NCBI RefSeq assembly: GCF_009914755.1
Contig: NC_060937.1
Length of the DNA stretch: 64,000 nucleotides
DNA from: the human T2T-CHM13v2.0 reference genome, Homo sapiens
Direction: 5' to 3' (one strand)
Position numbers and translations under genes: made by a program. Shown here piece by piece: positions 1 through 16,510 of this stretch (position 1 is its first letter; each line of letters starts with the position of its first letter). The notes under the pieces are model-generated. The model was not told where the DNA came from and searched no databases. It saw only the letters and a list, made by a program, of their open reading frames with translations.

Positions 1-340
1 GTATTTCTAGTTCTAGATCCCTGAGGAATTGCCACACTGTCTTCCACAATGGTTGAACTAATTTACACTCCTACCAACAGTGTAAAAGCATTCCTATTTC
101 TCCACATCCTCTCCAGCATCTGTTATTTCCTGATTGTTTAACGATGGCCATTCTAACTGGTGTGAGATAGTATCTCATTGTGGTTTTGATTTGCATTTCT
201 CTAATGACCAGTGATGATGAGCTTTTTCTCATATGTTTGTTGGCCACATAAATGTCTTCTTTTGAGAAGTGTCTGTTCATATGCTTTGCCCACTTTTTGA
301 TGGGGTTGTTTTTTACTTGTAAATTTGTTTAAGTTTGGTA
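1..340 (-). mobile_element. L1 (L1PA/L1PB-age) fragment, ORF2 C-terminal region; continues off the left edge
   Basis: Minus-strand ORF 71-280 translates to the L1 ORF2 C-terminus ([11 protein letters not shown]...[18 protein letters not shown]). Confidence 0.9.
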
Positions 341-1134
341 TATACCTACTGGAATTGTTGGGTCACCTGGTAAATAAAATTTCTATAAGAAACAACATTA
401 CTACCAGCAAAGTATGAGCGCCAGTTACTCAACATCCTCCTTAATAACACTTGATATCATCAGTCATATTTTAGACATTTTTGTGAGTATGTACCCGTTA
501 TGGTACTGATTTGCATTTTCCTAATGACTGATGATATTAGTGAGCATCTTTTCATGTGCTTATTTTCCATCTGAGTGTTTTCTTTGGTGAAGTATCTATT
601 CAAATACCAAATTCTGATAATATATTATCATTATACAGAAATACAATTCATTTTTGCATAGTGGCATTGCAATTGTAACTTGCTAAACCAATGTGCTTGT
701 TCTAGAAGCAATTTTGTAGATTTCCTAGGATTTTCCACATAGATGATCATGTCATTGGTGAATAAAAAAGTTTTACTTATTCCTTTTTAATAAATATTTA
801 TTTAAAATTTGCTTTCTTAATTTACTAAGTCATACTTCCTTTTGAATTAAAGTGATGACTGTGAATATTCTGGCTTTGTTCTGGATCTTGGGGGTGGTGG
901 AGAGGAAGCATTCTGACTTTCATCATTATATAGGGGTTAACTCTTTAGTTTTCATAGGTGCTGTTTATCAGATGAAAGGTTCCTTCTATTCCTAGTTTGC
1001 TGGTGGTTATTATCATAGATGTGTGTTAATTTTTATGTATTTTATGCATTTATTGAGATTATTATTCCTTTTAATTTTGGTTCACTAATATGGCAAATTA
1101 ATTTGATAGATGTTTGCATGTTAAACCAATCTTT

Positions 1135-1893
1135 ATACACTGTGGGTGGAAATGTAAATTAGTACAGCCATTATGGAAAAAAGTATGGAAGTTTCTCAAA
1201 AAACTAAAAATAGAAGTACCATATGATCCAGCAACCCAACTACTGGGTATTTATCCAAAGGAAAGGAAATAATTATATCAAAACAAGACCTGCACTCCAT
1301 GTCTACTGCAGCATTATTGGAATCTACCTAAATATCTATCACAGATAAATGAATAAAGAAAATGTGATTATATATACACAATGGAACACTATTCAGCCAT
1401 AAAAAGAATGAAATCCTAACTTCCCTAGCAATATCGATGAGCCTGGAGGACATTATGTTAAGCAAAATAAGTCAGGCACAGAAAAATGAATACCACATGT
1501 TCTTACTCATATGTGTGGGCTACAAAATAATTTTGAGCTCATGGAAGTAGAGAGTAGAATTGTGGGTATTGAAGGCTAAGAATGGTAAAAGGGATGGGAA
1601 GATTGGGTGATGTTTGTTAACGGCTGTAAAATCACAGGTAGACGGGGAATGAGTTCTGGTGTTCTGTAGCACTGGAGGCTGAATATGAACAACTATAATT
1701 TATTGTATATTTTCAAAATGTTAGAAGAGAGGATTTTCAATATTTGCAATGCAAAGAAATAGTAAATGTTTAGGGTGATGATATGTTAATTACTCTGATT
1801 TGATCATTACATGTTGTGTGCATGTATCAAAATATCACTCGGTAGCTGATAAATATGTACAATTATCATGTGTCAACTAAAAGTAAAAGGAAA
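1135..1893 (+). mobile_element. L1MA-type 3' end (5'-truncated)
   Basis: ORF2 end plus L1MA 3'UTR (gtagagagtagaattgtg, gaagagaggattttcaa, gtgatgatatgttaattactctgatttgatcattaca) ending in an A-rich tail. Confidence 0.85.
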
Positions 1894-2580
1894 ATATTTC
1901 TTGTTAATATGGTAAATTAACTTGACAGATTTTGAAATGTTACACCACTCTTTTATTTCTGGGATGAATCCCACTTGATTATGCTGTATTCATTTTAATC
2001 ATTGCCAGGTTTGATCAGCTACAACTTTGCTGAGAATATATGTGTCTACAGTTATGGGAAATATTGATTTGTAGTTTTTACTAATATTTTAACCTAGTTT
2101 TGATATCAGGATAATGCTAGTCTTCTAAAATTACTTGTGATCAATTCCCTCTACTTCATTTTTCTGGAAAAGGTGTTTGTAAAATTGGTATAATTTCCTC
2201 TTAAATATTTTATAGAATTGCTTAAGAATCCATCTGGGCCTAGAATATTCTTTGTGAAATTTTTTAAATACTTTACACAACACATTCAATAAAGAAGGCT
2301 TGATTCATGTTATCTCTTTCTTCTTTATTGAACTTCAGCACTTGGCATTTTTCAAAGAAATTGTTTAATCTAAGGTATTGCATTTTTTGCCAGGAAGTCA
2401 TTTATCATATTTTCATATTGTAGGATATGTCTGTAGGAGATGTCATGATGCTGTTATTTTATTCTTGATGTTTATATTTTTTTCTGATTAGTCTGAAAAT
2501 ATGATTATCAATTTTTTAAATGTTTTCAAAGAACCAACATTTGATGTTATTTATGTTTCCAGTATTTTAATTTTTTTCCT

Positions 2581-2878
<298 letters not shown>

Positions 2879-4509
2879 TTTCCTTTTTTATTATTTACTT
2901 TGTTCTGACAACTTCAGATTTAATTTACTCTTCTTGATCTAACTTTTTAAGGCTGAATGTTAATTCATGTTTTGAGACTTTAATCTGTTATTGTAATTTC
3001 ATACTAGAATTTCCCCCAGAGTACAGTCAGTTGTATAGCACATATTTGTACATGTTGCATTTTAATTTTCATTAAACTAAAATATTTTTAATTCATTTGC
3101 AATTTCCTTTTGACTCATGATTTATTTAGAAATGTGTTGCTTAATTTCCAAACATTTGAAAAATTTCCAGATATTTTTCTGTTATTTGTCTCTACCTTAA
3201 TTCTGTTGTAATCTGATAACATATTTTATATGATATAAATTCTCTTATATGCATTGAAACTAATTTTGTGGCCCCAGACATGGTCTATTTTGTGAATGTT
3301 CCCTGTATATTTTTAAATAACATATTTTGCTGTTGCTGAGAGCAGCATTCTATAGATATTAATCAGTTTACATTGGTTGATATATTATTCAAGTCTTCTT
3401 TATCCTTACTAATTTTCTGTAGAATTATTTTAATTAGGCATAAGGCAAAATAATTCTGGATTTGTCTATTTCTCTTTTCAGCGCTTTCAGTTTTGCTTCA
3501 TATATTTTGAAGCCCTATAATTTAATCCATGTGTATTTAGGACTATTATGTCTTCTTGATGAGTTCACTCCTTTGTCATTAAGAAATAAGTGTCTTTATT
3601 CATCATAATGTATCTAGTTCTAAAATGTTCTCTCTCTGATCAACATACCTACTTCAGCTTCCTTTTGGTTAATGTCTGCATGACGTAGGTTTTCTCAACT
3701 TTATAAACTTTTAACCTATGTGTGCTTTTATTTTTAATGTGTTTCTTATAGATGGTCCTGGTTGATCTTGCCATTTATATCCAGTATGATAATTTGCTTT
3801 TTACTTGTGTTTAGACCATTTAGATTAAATGGAATTATTGATCTGATTATGCTTCAATCTACCATCTTGCTTTTTGTTCATTTTTTCTCACTTTATTTTA
3901 GACTGAACACTTTAAAACTTATTATTGCCTTATCACTCCTAATAGTATATAAGTTGTCCCTCTTTGTTTTATTTTGTAGTGGTTATTCTTGAACTTGCAA
4001 TTCCTATTTTTTTAAACTTGTAACTGCCTATGTTCAAATAATACTATAACACTTCACATATATTGTAGGAGTCCTACAATGGCGTTCTTTTATTTCTATA
4101 TTCTCTTCTTTTTTAAACTATTTAGTCCCACATTTTACTTTTATGTATGCTATAAGTTACACAATATATTGTTACTATATTTGCTTTATACCATAAATTG
4201 TCCTTACAATAAATTTTAAAGTGTGGTAAATGTATTTTATATTTACACTCCAAATTTTGAAAAATTTCCCTAAGTTATCATATGTTTTGTTCACAATCCC
4301 ATCTTTCAGGGACTCTGCTTAGGCTGCCTGATATTGTACCACAGTTTCCTGATGCTCTGTTCATTCCTTTGCAGTCTTGATTCTTTTCATCTCCCTATTA
4401 GTGTTTTTTATTTCTGTATTATCAAGGTTACTGGTCTTTACTTTTGCTATCAAACATCGAACTGATAATAACCCAATTATGTATATTTATGTATATTTTT
4501 TATTTCTAA

Positions 4510-4848
<339 letters not shown>

Positions 4849-5094
4849 CAACTGATTCATTTTTAAAGTAATAAAACTACAATTCTAAAACCATTAAAAT
4901 TTGATAATTTAGTTTCTGTGTAATTCAGAACAATCTCCATTCACTCACAAATTCATAAAGTATGATTTGTATTTTTGAAAAGTAACATGCTTTGCTAATG
5001 ATAACAACATATCGCTTCCCATTAATTACACTGGTCTCACACCATACTCATTTGGAATCAGGAACTAAGTTAAAATTAAAATATACATCATTAA

Positions 5095-5436
<342 letters not shown>

Positions 5437-7499
5437 TAAATTTAATCGATAACTATGATTGCAAAACAAAAACTTAGGGATGAAAAGGATGAAAAAGAAA
5501 AGAACACTAGAAAAGTTAATAGGGTCAGTAAGTAATAGAATCACATAAGATGAAATAGAGTACATTCGCTTTAGGATCAAAATGTTTTTCCACATCCTGT
5601 ATATTTTCATTTCTAATTTGGAGGTGAACAGACCACCCTCTAGTGGATAGAGAAGCATGTCAATTAACCAAATTTAGTATGCTTTGCCTTCAGAAGAAAG
5701 CAACAAAGCATTCTGCAGGGGTTTTTTTTATAATCTTCCTTTAAGAGATTTTAATTCAAATTTAAGAGATTAGCTTAGAATTTTCAAAATTTTACATATT
5801 TCCATGTCTTAGTGTTTTATTCTTATGTAATATTTGTAACATAGATAGAACAGGAATTCATAATTCTACTTAAAAATATCGAAGCTGAGGTTTGAATGTA
5901 GCATGATCTACCTGGATAACCTGTATTAATAGCCAAGTGATGGTATTAGAATGCAAAGTCTGATGTTGGCAGTGAGGTTCTTTGTATCAAGATAACAATG
6001 GTAGAACTTTCTACAAGACAAAGCGACTGAGACTGCTCTTAGATTGTTAATGACTATCATGTTGCAGAGTGTCCATTTTCCTCATTTGGGAAAAACTTTT
6101 CCAGATATTTTAGCCTGTAATCCTGATAGTAGTTACTAAGATCATTGCAGAGAAATAAAAACAAAATCTTCATAATTTATTAAATGAGTTTTCATTTCAA
6201 AATGACAAAACCAAATAGCATAGATATACTTCCTGAAGATAAAATTGCCAAGAAGTTCTGGAAGGAAAGTTTTCGGTGTATGAAAAAAAAAAATTCTATC
6301 CTCTTAATTGTATCATTTTCCAGTAAGTACTAGAAAATGTCCCACTTTGAGGGTATTAGGGAAATTCCTAAATGCCTCTTTGGTTTTGTGGTGTGAATTT
6401 ATTTAGAATCTCCATTAACTTTCTATTTTGCTAAGAAACTATTTGGTCCCATGTATTCATTGTGAATTTTTGTTTTAGTGACTAAGATGAAGATGAAGAC
6501 TAACCCAATCACCTAACTTCTAATTTTATCTCATCACCTCAAAAACATATTTTTACACTTATTACCTAAAGGGTAATTAGAGGGAATGGTAGTGTGGTTT
6601 AGCGGTTAGAGACTTGGGCTGAGAATTAAAGAACCTAGTCTCTTTCCTCCCACTCCCTGCACTGACTCTATGGCATTGGGTTAACCCTTGACCTCCTATA
6701 AATGCAGAGTTTTCAAAAGGAAAAACCAGCATTTCACCAGAGGTGATGAAGCTAGCGTTTTTCGGAATAGAGCTGTTATGTAATTGTCTTGGACAGGTAC
6801 AATTTATTTTGAGGTTTTATAATTAATGCCTTTATATTAAAGGCATATTCTCTGGCTGGCCTTGGTTTACTGTTGCATGCCCATGAAGGCAGATGGGAAT
6901 CTGGAAGACCTTCTTGGTTTTAGAAAACAACCCAGGTACTAAAAGGGTTGACGGTATCAAATTTATTTTGCTGTTGACCTAATCCACAATGCTCTCTAGA
7001 TAATAGTATGCTATTGTAGCTGCTGTTCATTCATAAGTACTAGCAGATTTGGAGAAAAAGCAGAATGTGTCTCCACCCCGACCCCTACACACCTTCAAAT
7101 CCAGTGAAAAGAAAGAAAGTAAACAAAAAAGGAGAAGATAATTCATGCACACTAAAATTGGGATAAGAGCTAAGTTCATACCTCAAACTCCAGAAAATAT
7201 TAACTGTCAATAGTACAATTTGAACTAGGTTGAGGAAGCACATTAGGAACCTATCAAAAACATTTGAACAGTAAACAAAGACAAACATTTTTGACAAATG
7301 CTACCTGTATTCCCCCAAAGTGTATTTTAATCCACACAATTGTTGCTCATAGAAATTACAGAAAAAATGAATTCCCTGGCATAAATATAAGACAACAGGA
7401 TGACATAAATGAGAATTGACATATAAAAAGAACAAATTACAGGAGAAAAATAAATTTTAAAACATAAAATGAAACATGAGCAGAATTGACCCTGGAAAA

Positions 7500-8520
7500 A
7501 ATAAAATTAATAACATTAAGATCTAAAACAATTAGAGCAAGCATAAAGAATTCTTACAAGTCAACAACAGACAGATAAAATTTCCAGTTTAAAATTGAAC
7601 AAAGGATTTGAATAGACTTTCTCCAAAGAAGGTATGCAAATTGCCATAGGCACATAAAAAGATGTTTAACATCATTAGTCCTCAGGGAAATGCAATCAAA
7701 ACCACAGGAAAAAAACCACTTCACACCCACTAGGACAGCTAAAATTTTTAAAAGACACACAAGTATCAATGACTATGTGAAAAAATGGGAACCTCATACA
7801 TTGTGAGAATGTAAAATGACAGTCACTTTGGAAAAGAGTCTCATCCAATTAAGATTAGACCCAGCAATTCTACTCCTCAGTACATACCCAAGAGAAATGA
7901 AAACATAGGTCCACACAAAACTTACACACCAATGTTCTTAGCAGCATTATTCATAATAGCCAAGAAGTGGAAACAGTCCGAATGCCCATCAAATGATGAA
8001 CAGATAAACAAAATGTGATGTATTTCATACAATGGAATATTATTCATCCTTAAAAATAATGAAATGGGGGTAGGGAGAGATCAACAGTTGGAGCACAGAG
8101 GATTTTTAGGGAAGTGAAACTATCCTGTATGATAGTATAATGATGCATACATGTTATTATACAATTGTCTGAAACTATAAAATGTACAGTACTAACAGTG
8201 AATGCTAATGTAACAATGGACTTTGGGTGATCATGATGGTTCAGTGTAGGTCCATCATTTGTAACAAATGCACCACTCTAGTATGGAATATTGATAGTAG
8301 GGGAGGCTGTGCATGGGTAGAGGCTAGGGGTATATGGGAAATCTCTGTGCCTTTTTTTCAGTTTTGCTATGAACCTAAAAAATTGTCTGTGAAAAAATTA
8401 AAAAGAAATTAAATTCTGACATCTGCTGCAACACTGATGAACCTTAAAGATGCTATGCAAAGTGAAATAAACCAGACACAAAAGGACAAATATTGTATAA
8501 TTCCAAATAAAGACATATTC
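7500..8520 (+). mobile_element. Old L1M (MB/MC/MD-type) ORF2 end and 3'UTR fragments
   Basis: aatagactttctccaaagaag, gacccagcaattctactcc, gagcacagaggatttttagggaagtgaaac and ttttgctatgaacctaaaa motifs. Confidence 0.75.
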
Positions 8521-10362
8521 TGAGGTTCTGGATGGACATCACTTTTGGAGAGACAAAACCCAGTTTGTTCTCCATCTCCTACTTCTGTGACCTCACTTTC
8601 TATTACTCTTTTATGGTCACTCGGTTTCAGCCCGGCTGGTTTTTGCCCTTCCTTTAACATACTAAGCAAGCTCTTGCTTCAAGGATTTCATGCCTATTTA
8701 TATTTTCTTCAATTCTTGAGTTACATATCACCTTTTCAGTGAAGACTTGTCTGATTAATAAAAGTTGCACTCCTGCTCAACTCTCCTGGTTCTCTTTCCA
8801 TGTTTTATTATCAGGATTTTTATTTTTGTACATTTCTTGGTTAATAGAGTAAGTGAGAAGAAATCAATCATTCATATAGATGCCCAAAAGACAATTGATA
8901 AAATTCAACACCCAACTTCTCATTCAAAACTTAGCTAACATACATTTCATTCCACAACAAATAGATATACTTATTTAGTATATTATAAAAACATGCAAAA
9001 ATGCATAACTGATCTAGCAGAAATAAAGTGTAATCTCCAGGTACCAGAAAAAGGAGGGAATCTGTAGCCCAAAAGCGAGCCAGAAAGTTAATGATTCAGT
9101 CGTTCAAAGGGGTATTTCGGACACGGACATAAGCCCTTTTTCTGTGCTTTTATAATTATACTATATTCTTGAGAAATTTTAAGCCTAGAGGAAGAGAAAG
9201 ATGTGTAATTAGCAATACTACAAAACATTAGCCTCTAAACCAAGTGCAAGCTGCAATGGCAAATTGCCTGCTCTCCGAAGGCAGGCAATGTATTATGTAG
9301 CAGTGGCGTTTAAGCAACAGGCAATGGAGGGAACAGAAGCAAGCTGAAGAGGGTGGCCGATATAAGATATTTAAAGTAAAAATTGGAAACAAAAATGGGA
9401 AACAAATCAATGTTATCTGTAGTTGAATGAATGTCTGGCTGGCTTTGACTTCTAAAGACCTGATTATAATAACATAGGGAAACTCATCGTTTCTTGATGG
9501 TTTGTCAGTGTCAGTCCTGTTCAACATTTGTACCAACCTCAGACAGCAAATGAGGACTCCTTCCACTATGCTGCATCTCCCCAGGCTCCTCATGTCAATT
9601 ATCTAATTAAAATCCATGTTCTCTAAGTTCCCTCACAAACCCAAATTCCTGGGCAAACCACATGACAATGGAATACAAACAATATCTATCTTGCCTGTTT
9701 AAAACATGGTATGAACCCTTCAGTATTTAGAAAAATAGGTACCCTGATTTATTTACTTAATATCACATAACATTTATTTGAAATCTATGTATGCCACGTC
9801 TATGCCAAATGAGGGATAAAATGGCAGAACAAAAAGAAGCAGTGAAGACAGCCACTGACCAAAGTGACCAGAGTTTATGACAAGAATGATGAAGGCAATT
9901 AGTGGAGATCATTATCACAGAAAAAGAACAGTACTGGTGGCCTGTACTGCTCTTAGATAAGGGTTATCAGGAGAGGCCCCAAGTTGACAAAAAAAAAAAT
10001 CTAAGTTCAAGGTTGGTTTATGTCCTGTTTTCACGTTAGGTCAGTATGGCATTTTAGTATATTTGAATTCAATTGGCTGTTCAGTGTTTAATGTTGTTAT
10101 TAAATGGTCCTAATTACCATTTGTAAACTTAGCACAATTCTATCTATAATTTAAATGATGTTTTTGAACATGATTATTTGTCATCTGAAAAATTACACCT
10201 GCAAAAATTGCTCATAATTTTTTTAAAAAATAAAACAGACTACCAGAAGATTTCTACCCAATATTATAATGCATTCTAAAACTATCTTATATAAAGCAGA
10301 GTGATGCTGGTAGAAATAAAACAATGAAGCAAAAGTTCTTGAAAGTTATCCAAATTACCAAG

Positions 10363-11264
10363 AGGAGCCAAGATGGCCGAATAGGAACAGCTCCGGTCTA
10401 CAGCTCCCAGCGTGAGCCACGCAGAAGACGGGTGATTTCTGCATTTCCATCTGAGGTACCGGGTTCATCTCACTAGGGAGTGCCAGACAGTGGGCGCAGG
10501 TCAGTGGGTGGGCGCACCGTGCGCGAGCCGAAGCAGGGCGAGGCATTGCCTCACTCGGGAAGCGCAAGGGCTCAGGGAGTTCCCTTTCCTAGTCAAAGAA
10601 AGGGGTGACAGAAGGCACCTGGAAAATCGGGTCACTCCCACCGGAATACTGCGCTTTTCCGACGGGCTTAAAAAACGGCGCACCTGGAGATTATATCCGG
10701 CACCTGGCTCAGAAGGTCCTACGCCCACAGAGTCTCGCTGATTGCTAGCACAGCAGTCTAAGATCAAACTGCAAGGCGGCAGCGAGGCTGGGGGAGGGGC
10801 ACCCGCCATTGCCCAGGCTTGCTTAGGTAAACAAAGCAGCCAGGAAGCTCGAACTGGGTGGAGCCCACCACAGCTCAAGGAGGCCTGCCTGCCTCTGTAG
10901 GCTCCACCTCTGGGGGCAGGGCACAGACAAACAAAAAGACAGCAGTAACCTCTGCAGACTTAAATGTCCCTGTCTGACAGCTTTGAAGAGAGCAGTGGTT
11001 CTCCCAGCATGCAGCTGGAGATCTGAGAACGGGCAGACTGCCTCCTCAAGTGGGTCCCTGACCCCTGACCTCCGAGCAGCCTAACTGGGAGGCACCCCCC
11101 AGCAGGGGCAGACTGACACCTCACACGGCCGGGTACTCCAACAGACCTGCAGCTGAGGGTCCTGTCTGTTAGAAGGAAAACTAACAAACAGAAAGGACAT
11201 CCACACCAAAAACCCATCTGTACGTCGCCATCATCAAAGACCAAAAGTAGATAAAACCACAAAG
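10363..11264 (+). promoter_or_regulatory. L1 5'UTR internal sense/antisense promoter with intact YY1 site
   Basis: caagatggccg YY1 motif at about 10369-10379; CpG-rich 5'UTR. Promoter function of L1 5'UTRs is established knowledge, not shown for this copy. Confidence 0.8.
10501..10809 (-). CDS. L1 ORF0 (antisense 5'UTR ORF), open for 102 aa
   Basis: MAGAPPPASLPPCSLILDCCASNQRDSVGVGPSEPGAGYNL... matches primate L1 ORF0; ATG at 10809-10807. Expression unknown. Confidence 0.6.
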   Translation of the reverse strand: MAGAPPPASLPPCSLILDCCASNQRDSVGVGPSEPGAGYNLQVRRFLSPSEKRSIPVGVTRFSRCLLSPLSLTRKGNSLSPCASRVRQCLALLRLAHGAPTH

Positions 11265-12281
11265 ATGGGGAAAAAACAGAGCAGAAAAACTGGAAACTCT
11301 AAAAAGCAGAGCACCTCTCCTCCTCCCAAGGGACACAGTTCCTCACCAGCAACGGAACAGAGCTGGACGGAGAATGACTTTGACGAGCTGAGAGAAGAAG
11401 GCTTCAGATGATCAAATTACTCCGAGCTACGAGAGGACATTCAAACCAAAGGCAAAGAAGTTGAAAACTTTGAAAAAAATTTAGAAGAATGTATAACTAG
11501 AATAACCAATACAGAGAAGTGCTTAAAGGAGTTGATGGAGCTGAAAACCAAGGCTCAAGAACTACGTGAAGAATGCAGAAGCCTCAGGAGCCGATGCGAT
11601 CAACTGGAAGAAAGGGTATCAGCGATGGAAGATGAAATGAATGAAATGAAGCAAGAAGGGAAGTTTAGAGAAAAAAGAATAAAAAGAAACGAGCAAAGCC
11701 TCCAAGAAATATGGGACTATGTGAAAAGACCAAATCCACGTCTGATTGGTGTACCTGTAAGTGACGGGGAGAATGGAACCAAATTGGAAAACACTCTGCA
11801 GGATATTATCCAGGAGAACTTCCCCAATTTAGCAAGGCAGGCCAACATTCAGATTCAGGAAATACAGAGAACACCACAAAGATACTCCTCGAGAAGAGCA
11901 ACTCCAAGACACATAATTGTCAGATTCACCAAAGTTGAAATGAAGGAAAAAATGTTAAGGGCAGTCAGAGAGAAAGGTCGAGTTACCCTCAAAGGGAAGC
12001 CCATCAGAGTAACAGCGGATCTCTCGGCAGAAACTCTACAAGCCAGAAGAGAGTGGGGGCCAATATTCAACATTCTTAAAGAAAAGAATTTTCAACCCAG
12101 AATTTCATATCCAGCCAAACGAAGCTTCATAAGTGAAGGAGAAATAAAATACTTTACAGACAAGCAAATGCTGAGAGATTTCGTCACCACCAGGCCTGCC
12201 CTAAAAGAGCTCCTGAAGGAAGCGCTAAACATGGAAAGGGACAACTGGTACCAGCCACTGCAAAATCATGCCAAAATGTAA
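11265..12281 (+). pseudogene. L1 ORF1p with premature stop at codon 49
   Basis: ATG at 11265 (atggggaaaaaacag); TGA at 11409-11411 (CpG-type CGA>TGA); the remainder (ORF 11532-12281) is open to ...QNHAKM*. Confidence 0.92.
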
Positions 12282-12344
12282 AGACCATCGAGACTAGAAA
12301 GAAACTGCATCAACTAACGAGCAGAATAACCAGCTAACATCATC

Positions 12345-16240
<3,896 letters not shown>

Positions 16241-16510
16241 ACAGTGAGAACACATGGACACAGGAAGGGGAACATCACACTCTGGGGCCTGTTGTGGGGA
16301 TGGGGGGGGATAGCATTGGGAGATATACCTAATGCTAGATGACGAGTTAGTGGGTGCAGCGCACCAGCATGGCACATGTATACATATGTAACTAACCTGC
16401 ACATTGTGCACATGTACCCTAAAACTTAAAGTATAATAATAAAAAATAAAAATAAAAAATAAAAATAAAAAAAGAAAGTTATCAAAATTACCAAGGCATT
16501 TTACAAATTT

